Part shown: in pieces, positions 1 through 13,156 of the stretch
Layout of the letters: every line of letters begins with the position of its first letter
How positions within the stretch are numbered: the stretch's first letter is position 1
Assembly: GCA_964247055.1 (NCBI GenBank)
Contig: OZ176050.1
Span: 12,028,001 to 12,092,000, forward strand
DNA: 64,000 nt
Reading direction: 5' to 3'
Origin: Paragordius varius
Taxonomy: Eukaryota; Animalia; Nematomorpha
Notes under the pieces: model-generated
The model's database searches: none
The model's input: only the letters and a program-made list of their open reading frames with translations
What the model was told of the DNA's origin: nothing
Made by a program: the position numbers and the translations under genes

Positions 1-3000
1 TTGCTTTGAAATACGACCCTTTGTCCCAAAACATGATATGGTCTGACAATGGCCATCACAATTTGCAGTATAGATCCCTATCCCATTTTATCAAGCATGG
101 TCAACTAGAAAAAGAGTTTGATTCATACGCTGGGAAAAAAATGGTTCATGGCAAAATCTTGCGATACCTCAGTTCACCAAGTTGGTTATTAATTAAATAA
201 TAATTATAGTAAAAATTGAAATTATACAAAAAAAACGTAAAAAAATAAAAACATTTTTTTTCCCTATTTTTAATTTTAACTCACTGTTTTTAACTACAAA
301 GTATAAAATAGAGAGATGGGAATCGGTACACAATTAGTTATATATATTTTACAGTAACTAAATGGTTTACAAGGAAAAATAAGGTTTAAAAATAGTATGA
401 GTGTCTTTTGGAATAAAAAAATTGGTATTTATATTTTTACGTTTTGTCCGTATAATTTCAATTTTTACTCTATAATTTTCTTGGATGATAAGATAAAAAT
501 TTTTAGAAATATAAACCTATTAAATGATTGGCCCTTTTATTTCATTATCTTTTTTTTAGCTTTTCAAAAATTAAAAACGTTGTTATACTGGGAATATATG
601 TTATTTCTGTATTTCAGACGGTTTTACTGATGGTATTGCTATTGAACCTATACGCCGACTATTATACTACACTGACAGCTATGAAAATTACATTGGGGTT
701 TATGATTTAGAAGCTGCATACAATAAACGTCTACTTGAAGGATTAAGTCGCCCAAGAAGCATAACATTAGATAGGATTCATGGGTACTATATTATAAAAT
801 ACAAATAATGATTTGAAAATATATGATGAGTTTTAAAAATCAGAAAAAATTAAGTCCTAAACTTAAATTTTAACAGTATAGTCATTTTTGTTGAACGAAG
901 ATATATTTTGATTGCATAAATCAGCAATTTACAAAATATTTCCGCTATAACCCACATCATATTATTATTCAAAATTTTGAATCAAAATTAAAAGGTTCTT
1001 ATGTTGATGTTCTTTATGTTTATTCACCCTAGATTGATATTTTGGACAGAATGGGGTGACAAAGGAAGAATCGCATCTGCCACAATGGCTGGAACCGATG
1101 TACGAAATTTAGTCTCCAAACCGTCACGTAATCTACAATGGCCCAATGCTATCGTTTGTGATCCTAAAAGTATAGATTTTTATTACATTTTTTCTATAAA
1201 ATAATGGCTTACCTTTTTTATGGAGCGGAAATTTATAAAAAATTTGCATACATTCTTTAAAGTCATTTGATTAGGATCCGTAATATTTGTCTTGTGTGTT
1301 TACAATTTCAATTTTTACTGTAAATGTTAACGTTATCTTATTTGCATATTAAAGGAAAACATGTGTTCTGGATCGATGCTGGTTTGGGAAAACTTTTTCA
1401 AGCCAGTTACTTGGGTCATATTCTGAACGAATATAGTGTTGGAAAACATCCTTTTTCCATGGCTTTCGATTCCACCAATATATATTGGTCAGATTGGGCA
1501 ACTGATACCATTCGATCGTTAGCTATTACCAACCAAACTTCTGTAAATTTAATTTTTTTGTTGATTAAATTATTGGGTACAAAATAAGGCTTACATTATG
1601 ATGTGATGTTTTTTGTTTTCTATCAAATCATTTAAAAATTATTAAATATTTAATATATATTATATAATCATAATTGCCATTACAATTTTTTACCTTTAAA
1701 TGGTTGACATAAATTGTTTCCTTCTAAGCAAAATGAATATTTAGCACTTATATAATTCATGTTGTCACATAATAAAGAGTTATCCCAAAGATATAACGGA
1801 TCCCGTATTTGGACGTATGTTAGGCCTGGACATCTTCGAAAAAGAAAAATGGGACTCGGAATTCGCTCTGATAAAGAATTTGACTGTTTTAGATTCAAAG
1901 GATCAACTTAGTGATGGTTGTTTTACCCATGAAATTAGTTTGGAAAAGGAGATAAAAACTAGCAAGAGTGGAAATTCGCTTAGTTCCCTAGTAGGGGACG
2001 ATGGTAAGAAAAATGACATTCCATTATGGCATTCTAATGGCGGTTGTTCGCAATTTTGCTTTCCCCTCCCTGACAAAAAAAGGGCGTGTGCCTGCAACGA
2101 GGGTGAAACCTTGGGAGAAGATGGTAATTTTTATAAATTAAAAAATTTTAATACGAGGGAATTCAGCTTTGATAAAGCTAACAGAAAAACATATTTTACA
2201 TATGTCAAAGATTATTGAGTAAAAGTTTTAAATAATGTAATTTTAAATGCGGCACAATAGTTAAAACAAAAAGTTTGTATCTTCGGTATTTTTAATTAAT
2301 TTATCTCGTTTATTTTATTAAGGAATCGTAAATGGATTTAAATAAATTTTTTAATAAACATAACAACATGGTACCAATATTTTTGATTTACAATTGTCGA
2401 TTACACTGGACAACAAATTTTTCTACCACTCGAGTTTTTTGCATTTTCTGATAAGTATCAATTTAACAGTATATCTGAAATAAAAATTATAACGCCTTAT
2501 AAGAATTTTGTATAATTTGATTTTTTTTGGATTATGCGCCCTCTTTATCAAAATTTTACTAAAAAATGTTTTCCTTTGAAATACACAAGTAATGCCTATT
2601 TGTAATATATCATTCGAAAGAGTAATAAAAACTCTATAAAATGCATACTAAGTATTACATTGACAGTTAATATTGGACACAAAGATCGACAAACGCGCGA
2701 AGCGAGAGCACTTTTTTTAATTAAAATATTTTCAAAACTAATGGATGAAAATAGCTCAAATTTTGTTTAGATGGTGATGAATGTCCAAAAAAGATAACAT
2801 AAGAAAGTTTTTTTGATTAAAACATTTTTTTATTGCTTTTATGTCACTTAAAACAGCCATTTTTAAGTTTTTTGTTTTTTTGAAAATTACCTTCCCATCA
2901 ATATTAATTTATTTTCTTTACGAGGCTGATAATTTTGAAATTTTAAAGATAAAAACAAAGCTTAAGGTATTTTCGATCTTTTATAGCATGTAATAAATTT

Positions 3001-6000
3001 ACAGTTATAACTATGCATTTTAGTATCCACTAGGTAAAATATTTATGATAATAATAATTTTTATTAAAAAAACCAAAAGCTTTTTCAAACATTTTTTTTA
3101 AATTAAATACTAATATAACCCTAATAATATTAAAATAATTTATATGATTTTCAAATTAGTTTGTCTGAGAAAATTTTTGACTTATTTAAGGATTGAAGAT
3201 TTTGACCATTTTAACCCAAATAACTTTTACATCCGAATGATTTAAATGACTTACTACCATTAAAAGATACAGTTTTTTGCGCTCTTTCGAATGATATAAA
3301 ATACATGGCTTCATATCTATAATTTTCAAAATTTCGAGTTTAATGTTAAATCGGGGCCAAAAATTATCGATAAACTCTGATTTAAAAAAATTCTTGGGTG
3401 TTCGACCAATTTTCTTTTCAGATATACTAATTATGTACTTTAATGAAATAATTAAATTTACAAGAATGGCAGTTACAAAAAGTCAAAATTTGTTGCTAGT
3501 GTTATATTATACATTTTGATATATTAAAAGGCAAAATCCCTTATTTTATATGCTTTTCCTTAGGTCTCACATGCTACATAAACGGTATACCATCCCCACG
3601 AAATAATTTAAGACGAAAAAATTTGTCCCTTTATCTCCGACCTGATTCAAACACAAATGGAGCGACAGATTTTAAGTATCGGACAGATGTCAACGATATT
3701 TTATCGATTGAATGTCCCTTATTGAGTACACCACCTTTTGCTAAGCTTGTGGCATATGATACAAACATTAAAGGGTTTAATCTTCATGATAGAGCCATCG
3801 TAGAACACAAATGTGATGACGGATTCAATCAAACCGGGGGCAATGATAGGCGGGTATGTTCCTTTAACTCAGCTTACACGGGCGTGACTTGGAGTGGTAA
3901 ACCCCTAATATGTTCCCGTAAGTCAATTAATATATCTACAAGCCTTCTAAAAATGTTTCTAATTCAAACATTTTACCGTTATATAACATTTTTTCGTTTT
4001 ATTTATTAGCTATAATCTGTCCGACTTTCTCGATTCCTAATACTGTGGTCAATATATCTTGTTCTGAAATGGGATATGGTAAAGAATGTTCGCTAGATTG
4101 CATAAATGGTACTAAATACATTTCGGGTGACAAGATTCGCACTTGTCAATTGGATGGTCAGTGGTCAGGGTCACTCTTGGTTTGCGAAGGTAAAATTTTA
4201 AATTAATTACTTAAATTCTAAGCATGATATACCATGTAACCTTACATTCACCCTTAATCAATTCAAACTCATTTTTAAACTAAATTCACCCAAAAAATTA
4301 AAAAAATGTGCTTTTAGGCTAATTTAACTCATTTATATATACATATATTATATAGGGATAAAGATTCCATGCAAATTACCTAACTTTAATAATCACAATA
4401 TAATTTCGCAAAATTGTACCTCGAATGGTCTGTTGAATTCAAATAGCGTTTGTCATTTAACTTGTAAGCCTAAAGAAGTCTTTCAAACCTTTCATCGCAT
4501 CAATGGTTCCAACAAAATTGTTTGCAATGCAAATGGTACGCTAAGCGATGATCCACTTTTGTGCACAAGTAATTTTATAACAGTATATCTATAAAAGTAT
4601 GTTCCTAGTTTTCATTAAATAATACTAAGTTGCACTAGTAAAGAGCACACCTTGATTCAACTTTTTTTCTTTCGTTTGAGCCAGGAATGTCCAACACAAA
4701 TGGTTTAGCAGACCGCATTTTTGGATCAAAATATCCGTCGGGCCGCATTCAAAAAATATATGGGCATTGACTAATAATTTATTAGATTTCATACTCTAGA
4801 ATTTAAAACTACTTATTATTTTAACAATTTCTGCTGGTTCAGTGCGGAAATTCGAAAAAATTTATTCATAAAATTTGTTTGTGAAAATTAATTTTACTAA
4901 TTTCGTAAAATTTTTCATTTGAAACTTCTCGCGGGTTGCATATTTATTTGGGTCGCATATTCCCCGCGGGCCGCCCTCACCCCTGATTTAAGCCAACAAA
5001 ACTTCCCTTTACTAAAATTCTATGTAGCAATTTAATTATATATATTAGAATTTTTCTTAACTCATTATAAATATATATTTTATACAAAAAAATATTTATA
5101 ACATTATCAAAAAATATTTATTTCTCTAGGCATACCCCATTGTGAAGATCCCTTAAAATCAGTCTTCGCCCCTCCTATGCGCTATAAAACTGTTGATTGC
5201 AACCCAGAATACCTAAATGGGAGTAACTGTCGTTTAGAGTGCGCTGATGGTTTCAACTATTTAAGCGGAAGTTATGATCATACATGCCACGTTCAAACAG
5301 ATAAAAATAATGTCCTTAAAGGAAAATGGATTGGATCAAAATTATTTTGCACTGGTTTTTATTAATTTAAATTTTTATTATTGATAACACATATCATAAA
5401 AATTATCTTTTAAAAATTAAAATATTTTTCTATGTAGAATGTTCGTCAATGGGCAATGAATTAAAAGAACGAAATTTGAAAGCAATGTGCACTGAAGAGC
5501 TTATTCACCTTAACTCAACAAATTCACAGCCATCTGATCTGAAATCTCAAACAGTATGTGACATTCAATGTCAGAATCCGGAGTACGTCAATGTACTAGC
5601 TTTTAAAGGTGGCGAATTCATTGATAAAAACAATAGGTCAAGTTCTGCTAAAATTGCATGTCAAAAGTTAGTAATTTCTGAAGGAAATACTTCAAAACTA
5701 TCAGTTAATGAATCAAATAACCATAAGATCTCAAACTTTAAAGAGACACAGTTCAATTGGATAAACCTGAATACAAATGCAACCCTTAATACGGAATTCG
5801 ACTACCCCCAGTGTGGAAGTAAAACTTAGCATATAAATAAATTGTCTAGTTATGACTGGTTATGGATGCATTCATGATTATTATAAAAACTTCTAAATAT
5901 ATTTTTAGCTCGTGATTAAATATGTAAAATATTAATATAACAATTAATATACAGTTTTAAAGTTTTATCGAAAATTTTATTAATTGCTATTTTATATTTT

Positions 6001-8755
6001 GACATTTTAACTTAATTTGATCAGATTAAATTATGTTTGTTATTACGATATATATCGATTTGATAATGGCTGATAATAGCCATCTTTGGTGAAATCGCCT
6101 TTAATTTTTTGACCGCTCCTCATCCATCCCTATACAATGTCTATTTTTCAAATAGAATTCATAAATTTTTTGCTGGTTTAGAAATTTTTCAAACACAAAC
6201 ATTTTTGCTTACAATTCCATTCGACACTGAGCCTCGTGATGACAAATTTTTGGGAAACCCCATAAATTGTGGCCTAATTGGAAAATCGTTATACCAATAT
6301 ATCATTGAAAAGCTACCCAATACAATCCCTAAAACAATTACAAACAGACCAATGGAAGTAACTTTTTGCGATGAGCACGAAATGAAGTTTTCATCCGGAA
6401 TACACTGTAAATGGGTAACTAAATTGAATGATACCCAGTGTGTGATTAACAAGAACAATGCGAAAAATCAAAATCATTTAAATGCTGGTCCGCACATATT
6501 GATCATTATTCAAAGGTATGTGTTTTAATTTTCCCAGGAAAGATTAGAAAAAGAAAAATAAATTAAATTATGTATTAATAAAATAGATCAATTTTAAATT
6601 TTATTTTTTCAGAATCTTTTAAATGGATTTAAGGATGATGATAATAATGAACGATTTTAAAAATTAATGTAATGTAATTTAAACGTTAGATCCAAAGATG
6701 ATTCTGATAAATCGCCAGAATCACTAACCATGGATTTGCTAAGGATCTCACCGTGGATTCAGGAAAATAAAATACGAGACAAAGCATTTAATCTAACTCT
6801 GAATGCCAGCCATCTCCATAAGGCAAACTTGGTTAAAGTATGTCCGTTAGGAACAATACCTATTCCTGATTCCAATTGTGGTACTTTTTTTGTTGTTTTG
6901 TTGCAAAATATTTTTAGGGTATTAAATTTGAGAATTATAAATTAAATTTTCACATATATTTTTAAGTCCAATGCCCAAAAGGAACCTTTCACAACGCAAA
7001 ACTTGATAGTTGCGATTTATGTCAAATTGGATATTATCAAGATAATCCTGGCACTGATGCATGCTTCAAATGTCCACCTAAAACATCTACAAAACATATG
7101 GGTTCAACCCAAGTCTTACAATGCTTGAAAGGAACATTCATAGCGAAAAGTATAAAACGATTATTAGTTTTAAAAAATTTTTTATTGTCAATTGTTTTAC
7201 CTTAAATGTTATCGTGATAGAAGGACTCAAATACTCACAAATTGCCTTGTTAATCGCGATAATTCTACTCATTTTAACTATCATGCTGGGAGCTGTTATG
7301 TTCTGTCTCCGCAAGTATGTGCTTATTATTTTTACATTTTTCATAAAAAAATTAAAATTTCTTATTTCGAAAAAGATTTTGAAAAGTTTTTTTCCTATGC
7401 GTATTTAAAACTTTAATACAAGTAAAATTTATATCAAAATATTCAACGATTCACGATTAAAATCAAATTGAATGATTTTATAAAAATATAGGATTAAAAA
7501 CTAGGTTGAAATAAATGCAGTCCTAAAACGGGTTTACATTGATTTGATGGTTATTAACTCTCATTAGTAAGTAATGTTAGACATCGCACTGATAAAATTA
7601 AAATCTAGTTATAAGGCCTCTTTGGTTTCAATAACTGGTTTAATTTGTAAAATGTAAAATATAATGAAAATTTTAGAAAAATATAAGAAATCTAGTATTT
7701 AATTTGTTGGATCAACGAAAATCTTGGTAAATTGTTATTTGGAAGGTGGTGGTACATTGGTTATCCTGGATTCTATGTTTTGCGTATGAGTAAAAAGTTT
7801 GAAATTAGAAACTGCAGAGTTTTTTGTCATAACTGGGGCAGGCAAGTGTTAATGCTTTCATGGGTCCTTAATACAATTTTATCTTACCTTCTATAACTGT
7901 ATATAAATTTGGTCATTTAAAATATAATTTTGACTCATAGCAAATTACTTATGACCTTAGTTTTTCGATGGGAGAATAAATTTAAATATAAAGGGTTTTT
8001 TATATCTAAGAGGCGGTTTAACAGCGGTTGGAAATGGACCTCAAAATTCTCGATTTAGGACGAATATATTTTTTAATGGATTTATACAAAAGCTTTTAAA
8101 AGGAGTGTTATGTATTGATCGCATATTTTATTGGAACTAATTTAAAGTGTCATAACTTAAAATTATTATATATATTCGTAAACATTAATATTGCTTAAAA
8201 TAAAAATCTTGATGTAGCGCGTCAGAATGCCAAATTTTTAAAAGATTTGAATTATCGCTTAGAAAGGTCGAAAAAAATTAACCGTAACGGGGGCGGTTTT
8301 TAAAATTTCAACGAGACAGAATTAGAACTTCGGAGTCAGAAGCAGAATAGTTTTGTCAGAAAAATAGAGCACTGTTTTATGCTCAAAACTCAGTAACAAA
8401 TTATGGTTTCGATGGTTACGGTTTCAAACTTTATTATATTAGGTAAATAAAGTGTTACTAATTTAATGTATTATATGTCTTTTTTATGTAGAATTCCAAA
8501 GTCATATATCAAATCAATTTTTTCCATTAGATAAAATTTGATTTTGATTTAAACAATAACTTCGGCAAATTTCACACCAGATGTAACATTTATATTTGCT
8601 TTAGAAAACCCAGAGTCATTTATCGAATCGCTGAAAAATTCCGTAAAGCCAATATCTATGGGTCATCGAATTCTTCAAACAACAGTAATACTGATACAAG
8701 ACCATATGCAGAAACGAATGAAATGACTCATGTACCATATGGAAACTTTGCATAA
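1..8755 (+). CDS. Mosaic single-pass receptor A (LRP-like YWTD propeller - EGF - about 5 sushi/CCP - SEA-like - GCC2/GCC3 - TM - tail), 5' end outside window
   Basis: 15 phase-consistent GT-AG exons: <1-180, 618-783, 1033-1169, 1355-1542, 1778-2123, 3564-3917, 4010-4189, 4356-4568, 5130-5354, 5438-5818, 6182-6515, 6690-6880, 6967-7149, 7221-7314, 8605-8755. YWTD-type repeats (DGIAIEPIRRLLYYTD, LIFWTEWG, VFWID, IYWSDW); EGF (NGGCSQFCFPLPDKKRACACNEGETLGEDGLTC); CCP modules (YISGDKIRTCQLDGQWSGSLLVC); GCC2/3 (CPKGTFHNAKLDSCDLCQIGYYQDNPGTDACFKCP); TM (IALLIAIILLILTIMLGAVMFCL); tail ends EMTHVPYGNFA-stop. Confidence 0.9.
2400..3420. mobile_element. Probable decayed MITE in an intron of receptor A
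   Basis: Perfect 17-bp inverted pair TATATCATTCGAAAGAG (about 2606) / CTCTTTCGAATGATATA (about 3282) in a 1.4-kb intron. Termini and TSD not resolved. Confidence 0.35.
4682..4985. mobile_element. hAT-type MITE (intronic)
   Basis: Ends CAGGAATG...CACCCCTG; flanks GTTTGAGC / ATTTAAGC (6/8 match, candidate 8-bp TSD); GC-rich subterminal CGGGCCGC motifs in AT-rich intron. Confidence 0.5.
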
Positions 8756-9360
8756 ACAACTGCCAACCAAACCAAAAATCCTTACTTAAGATAAAAAAAA
8801 CTGTCAGGACAATATTTTCTTTATATCATGTTTTTTGATTGAATTTCACAAAACATTGCTCAATTGATATACATACTACACCCGGTGCTAATTATAAAAC
8901 ATTTTTTTCTTTGTAAATATATTAAAATGTTTTACAACTAATATATTTTATGCAAAAGAAACTGATACATTTATGCCTCTGTAATTATATGTCTGCCAAC
9001 ACAATTCGCATCCCTTTTGCAGATATATCGACAATTCTGACCAAAAATTTATACAATTTTTATGCAAAAATTATATAACCAATTACCAATATGCAATAAA
9101 TGAACCTTAATCACTACATCTTACATCTATATTTTGAGGCTTGCTAAATATAAAGTTAATGTATTGGAGTTTAATTACGTGACTATTGGATAAGAATAGA
9201 TAACCTTGATTAAGAGTTAACTGAAGACTGCTTTATAGTTTTTGATGTTTTTTAGCCAATTCGTAAAAAACCTTTGAACTTCAGAAGCCATCGAACTTTG
9301 TAAAAATAAAATATATAAGGCAATCAAATTATCATAAAATTCATTATCTGGAAATTTTGT

Positions 9361-11014
9361 ATGAACCCACCGATGAGAAGATTTCAGATTATTTTAAGCG
9401 TTTTGATTTCGTTATGCCTTTTTGTAGCACACAAATGCCAAGAACAAAATCTTGATTCAGAAAACAGTATAATTATAATCAAAATAACGTATTACCTTGA
9501 ATTTTATATTACGAAATTATTCCACCATTTTTCGATTAATATTATTTTATTGGTTTGTAAATCACTAAGTTTTCTTAAACTTTTCGTCAAAGATAAATGT
9601 GAGCCAGTTGTATAATGTTTTGTTTCGCAGGTGTATATATTATTAAACAGATCGAAAATATTTTAAATGACCATATATTATCTCTAAGGTTTATCGTGCT
9701 ATTGTAACCCGTGCAACGACCCTTACAACTCCTGTCAAACCAGTTTAAGCAATGGATCATGCTTTAAAACAACAACACTTTACGGAATATTTTATGGGTA
9801 TATATATAATAATCTAGTTAAAGTATTTTCATTTAGTTTCTGATTTATGGGAACAGTATCCGATTTCATGCATTTTATGAGATTTAGGGTTTCTTTCCCA
9901 AATCTTAATTTAGTAGCAAATCCAAAAAATATTTTAGCATGCCATCATAATTTTAGGTGTCAAGATAATCGATTGTCATGCACCAATAATATGCAAAACA
10001 CAGGCCGTCACAAAACAAGGTCAACCGTTGAAGTCGAGTGCTGTTCTGATCATCATTGGTGTTTCAGCGATTTAACGATATATTCTCCCAATACTCTCGG
10101 TAAAAATAAGAAATCTGTAAAACATTTTTCAACACACAATAAACAATGCCTGGTTATTTAACCAAATAAATTAGTCAACATTGTATAAATATGTGATGTT
10201 GTCTTTTGTCGGATTTAAAAGATGTATTAATCGAATTTATTGTCTCTTTCACTCAATATCTACATAAGTCAGATATCAATAATTTTCATTATTTTTAACG
10301 AAAACTAGGTATCCTCAAATCTATTTCAATTTTGGTTGGGCATCTTGTTAATTTTGGTAATCTAATTTTGCATGTAATTAAAATTTACCCCCCATTTTAT
10401 AGATGATATGTTGCGGCCCACTGTGAAACGATATCATATGCTGAATAATTCTACAATACTTAAGCTGTTTGTGTCGAATCATATAAAAGGTCAATTTGTT
10501 GTAGAGTGGACAGATCCGTCAAATTCTATACTAATCCCTGAAAAAATTATTGTATATAATATTTTTCATTCTAATCCATAACTTTTATACTTTGTCACCA
10601 CAATTTTATATATTATAATAATAGCGAAACGGACAAACAAATATACCAATGAAAAATGTATTATTTAAACTCAAAATCATTCCAATGATCGGTGCTGTTA
10701 GATATCCAAATTTTGCCTATCAAAAACATTATGCATTTCTCACAGGTATAAGATTTACGATTTAAAATAATTGTTGTAACGTTCTCAATCAATAAAAATT
10801 CAACAAGTGTTTTTTAAGATTTTTAGGCTTTTTTTAACAAAAAACATTGGAATAAAAATTCCGTTTAGGGTCTCAGCCACCTTGGTTACCCAAAACTATC
10901 ACAATTAATCCCTCGGCCAACACTTTGATTACGTGTAACGCTTGTCGGGGTGCCCAATCATGTACCATGTGCAACAAATATGAAGGAGTCGAAAGAAACA
11001 ATTTGCCATATTGA
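9361..11014 (+). CDS. Signal peptide + activin/TGF-beta receptor-type Cys-rich ectodomain + FN3-like region; no TM or kinase seen
   Basis: Exons 9361-9466, 9689-9797, 9957-10099, 10403-10551, 10625-10745, 10869-11014 join in phase. Hydrophobic leader MRRFQIILSVLISLCLFVA; 10-Cys domain LSCYCNPCNDPYNSCQTSLSNGSCF...YGCQDNRLSC...VECCSDHHWCFSDL; then FN3-like NSTILKLFV...VVEWTDP. An alternative weak donor after YEG joins 11083-11115 (VEGTTYEILL-stop). Confidence 0.75.
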
Positions 11015-11016
11015 TA

Positions 11017-11019
<3 letters not shown>

Positions 11020-11058
<39 letters not shown>
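11020..11058. repeat. (TA)n microsatellite
   Basis: Direct reading. Other (TA)n tracts near 20961-20985, 42260-42283, 47611-47643, 49079-49112, 57135-57186 and 63038-63071. Confidence 0.95.
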
Positions 11059-11061
<3 letters not shown>

Positions 11062-11221
11062 TTGTAATCATTATTTATACAGGTTGAGGGCACAACTTAT
11101 GAGATATTATTATGAATAAATGTGATTTTATTATATGGACAAATGCCATGACGAATCATTATGCCATCTATATATATATATATCAAAATTGGAGACAACT
11201 TTACCTAATTTAGATATGAAA

Positions 11222-11600
11222 TCTATATTATATATAAAATAAAGAATGTTGGTTTTGAGACAATTTTCCGGAAAACTTGAAGGACCATTCAAATTCAAAC
11301 GAAAAAATTTTCATTCATTTATAAAGTCGTCGACTACATTTGAGCCACTTTTTTTAAAAATGTTAAGCCCCATCTTTTTTGACAAAAATTTCCGGAAAAT
11401 GTGAATGTTCAAAATATGTGTTTTATTCTTTACGAATTCGATAAACATGGTTGGTAATTTTTATAATTGAGTTCCTCTTTTTTGCCCCTCCCCTCGTAAA
11501 ATGACATATTTAAAAAAGCCAACCCCAAAATAAGTTTTTGAAGCATGTTTTTGTCCAATTTTTGAGTCTATAACAAATCAATAGTGGTTTTAAGTATTCC
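11222..11600 (+). mobile_element. Non-autonomous Helitron-like element, 5' part (copy H1)
   Basis: Starts A|TCTATATTATATATAAAAT; TTTGAGACAATT..CCGGAAAAC...GGACCATTC and CCTCTTTT...CGTAAAAT blocks match copy H2 at 22.3 kb. Confidence 0.55.
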
Positions 11601-12684
11601 ATGTATAAAGCTAAACATTTAGAGCAGCGCTTTTTATAACTTGGCCGCTGTGTAAAGCTTCTCCAGTCATATACGCCACCATATAAAAACTTACTTTAAT
11701 CTGATATTCTTCTAAGCCGGAGTAAGGGTTCTAACTATTCCCAGGATAAATGCAAAAATTTTGTCCAACACCTTTTGAAACTAATCCCGTTATAAAAGAT
11801 AGGGATTATCACATATAACTATTTCGAGTATATAAATTAAAATTTTTGTCCAGCCCTTTTTAATAAATCTGAAGGCAGGGCACCCCATGTTAAATACGCC
11901 ACTAGAAATAAGGTGAATAAAACCTTTTCTAAGTCATAGGTCAACATGAACTAAAGTTAGATATTTCCAATATAAAAATTTCAGTCTCACCCTTTATAAT
12001 TAATCCCCTAGAGAGCTCCACCCTCTGAAAGCAAAAAGTTTAGTAAAGCGCTTTTTATCGCTTTCGCTTGGATATGGCCTTATACTATGTAAAACACGCC
12101 CAACAAATATCATGTGTGTGAACTATTGATAACTAACTTTCTGTTTTTAATGAAAAAAAATATGTTATCACACAGGAGGTTTCTACTAAGTCATAGAGAA
12201 GCGTGGCAGAAGCAAGTCTATGTAATAATAAAAAATTAGAATGCGTTGGGCCATGCAATAATGGCTATTAATAATCCATGTATTCTTTTACGCAGGTCAT
12301 ACTGGAACGTTTCTAATTTCCCTGTAGGCTAAGACTGCCTTGAAATTGGAGAAATTAAAAATTCTTCTGAATACATATAACTGTTAATAATTTATACATG
12401 TAAACTGCGTCCAAAATCGGTGGGCATAAAAATATCTTGATAAAATATATATATTCTGATATTTTGGCTACGGGTTAAAGAAAGTCATTGACATTTTTGT
12501 GGTAACTGCTCCATATCAGAGAATCAAAAAACCAGCGCATCTGTTTTTGTTGAAAGCTAAATGCTTAATTCCATAAAATATCACTGAGATATAACATAAA
12601 CTACATATTAAAAGCAAAACAATATTCTCATGAAATATAATTGTAGATGTGGGCTCCGAAAGTTCCAAATTTGGCCCTTCTAAA

Positions 12685-12759
12685 ATGGACTAGTTCTCTT
12701 AAATAAATGATGGACTAGTTCTCTTAAATAAATGATGGACTAGTTCTCTTAAATAAATG
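12685..12759 (+). repeat. Tandem repeat, 3 x 25 bp (ATGGACTAGTTCTCTTAAATAAATG)
   Basis: Three identical adjacent units, no spacers. Confidence 0.95.
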
Positions 12760-13156
12760 CCAATGCGCGATCTAAAAAAGGGATATTTTGTTTATAAAAT
12801 TTAATTAAAACCAAAATTTTGTTGAAGCTTACTTCATACTATATTAAGCCATGATGGAAACGGTAAAACGCATTAAGATTATATAAAAACACTTCTATAT
12901 AATTTAAGATTCTGAACATTTTTATCACCAAAGAATTTCGATTAAAATATTCGTTCGTCATTAATATTATGTTATATATGATTTGTGTTTGGATACAAAA
13001 AGTGACCCGATTTAAAAACCAAACACAAACCTTAAATAAAATTTTGAGGCGATAGAAATGTTAAGCACCATCGAATTGTATATTAATTTTTTTTATAATA
13101 TTTTAAAGCGTTTTTATACCGTTTCCATCATGCCTCAAAATAGTATGAGGTATGCT

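Noticed and set aside
6538-6668. Extra exons in receptor A via 21-22 nt introns
   Set aside because: Every phase compatible with the 6515 donor hits a stop; the direct 6515-to-6690 join is clean.
1680-7344. Antisense ORFs in the track (1680-1898, 1903-2097, 6189-6458, 7138-7344; also 44464-44652, 46202-46414, 50228-50494, 55198-55467, 57304-57513, 60618-60806, 61764-62012)
   Set aside because: They are shadows or alternative frames of real exons.
12685-12759. 25-bp repeat as a CRISPR-like array
   Set aside because: Units are adjacent with no spacers; eukaryotic context; no cas genes.
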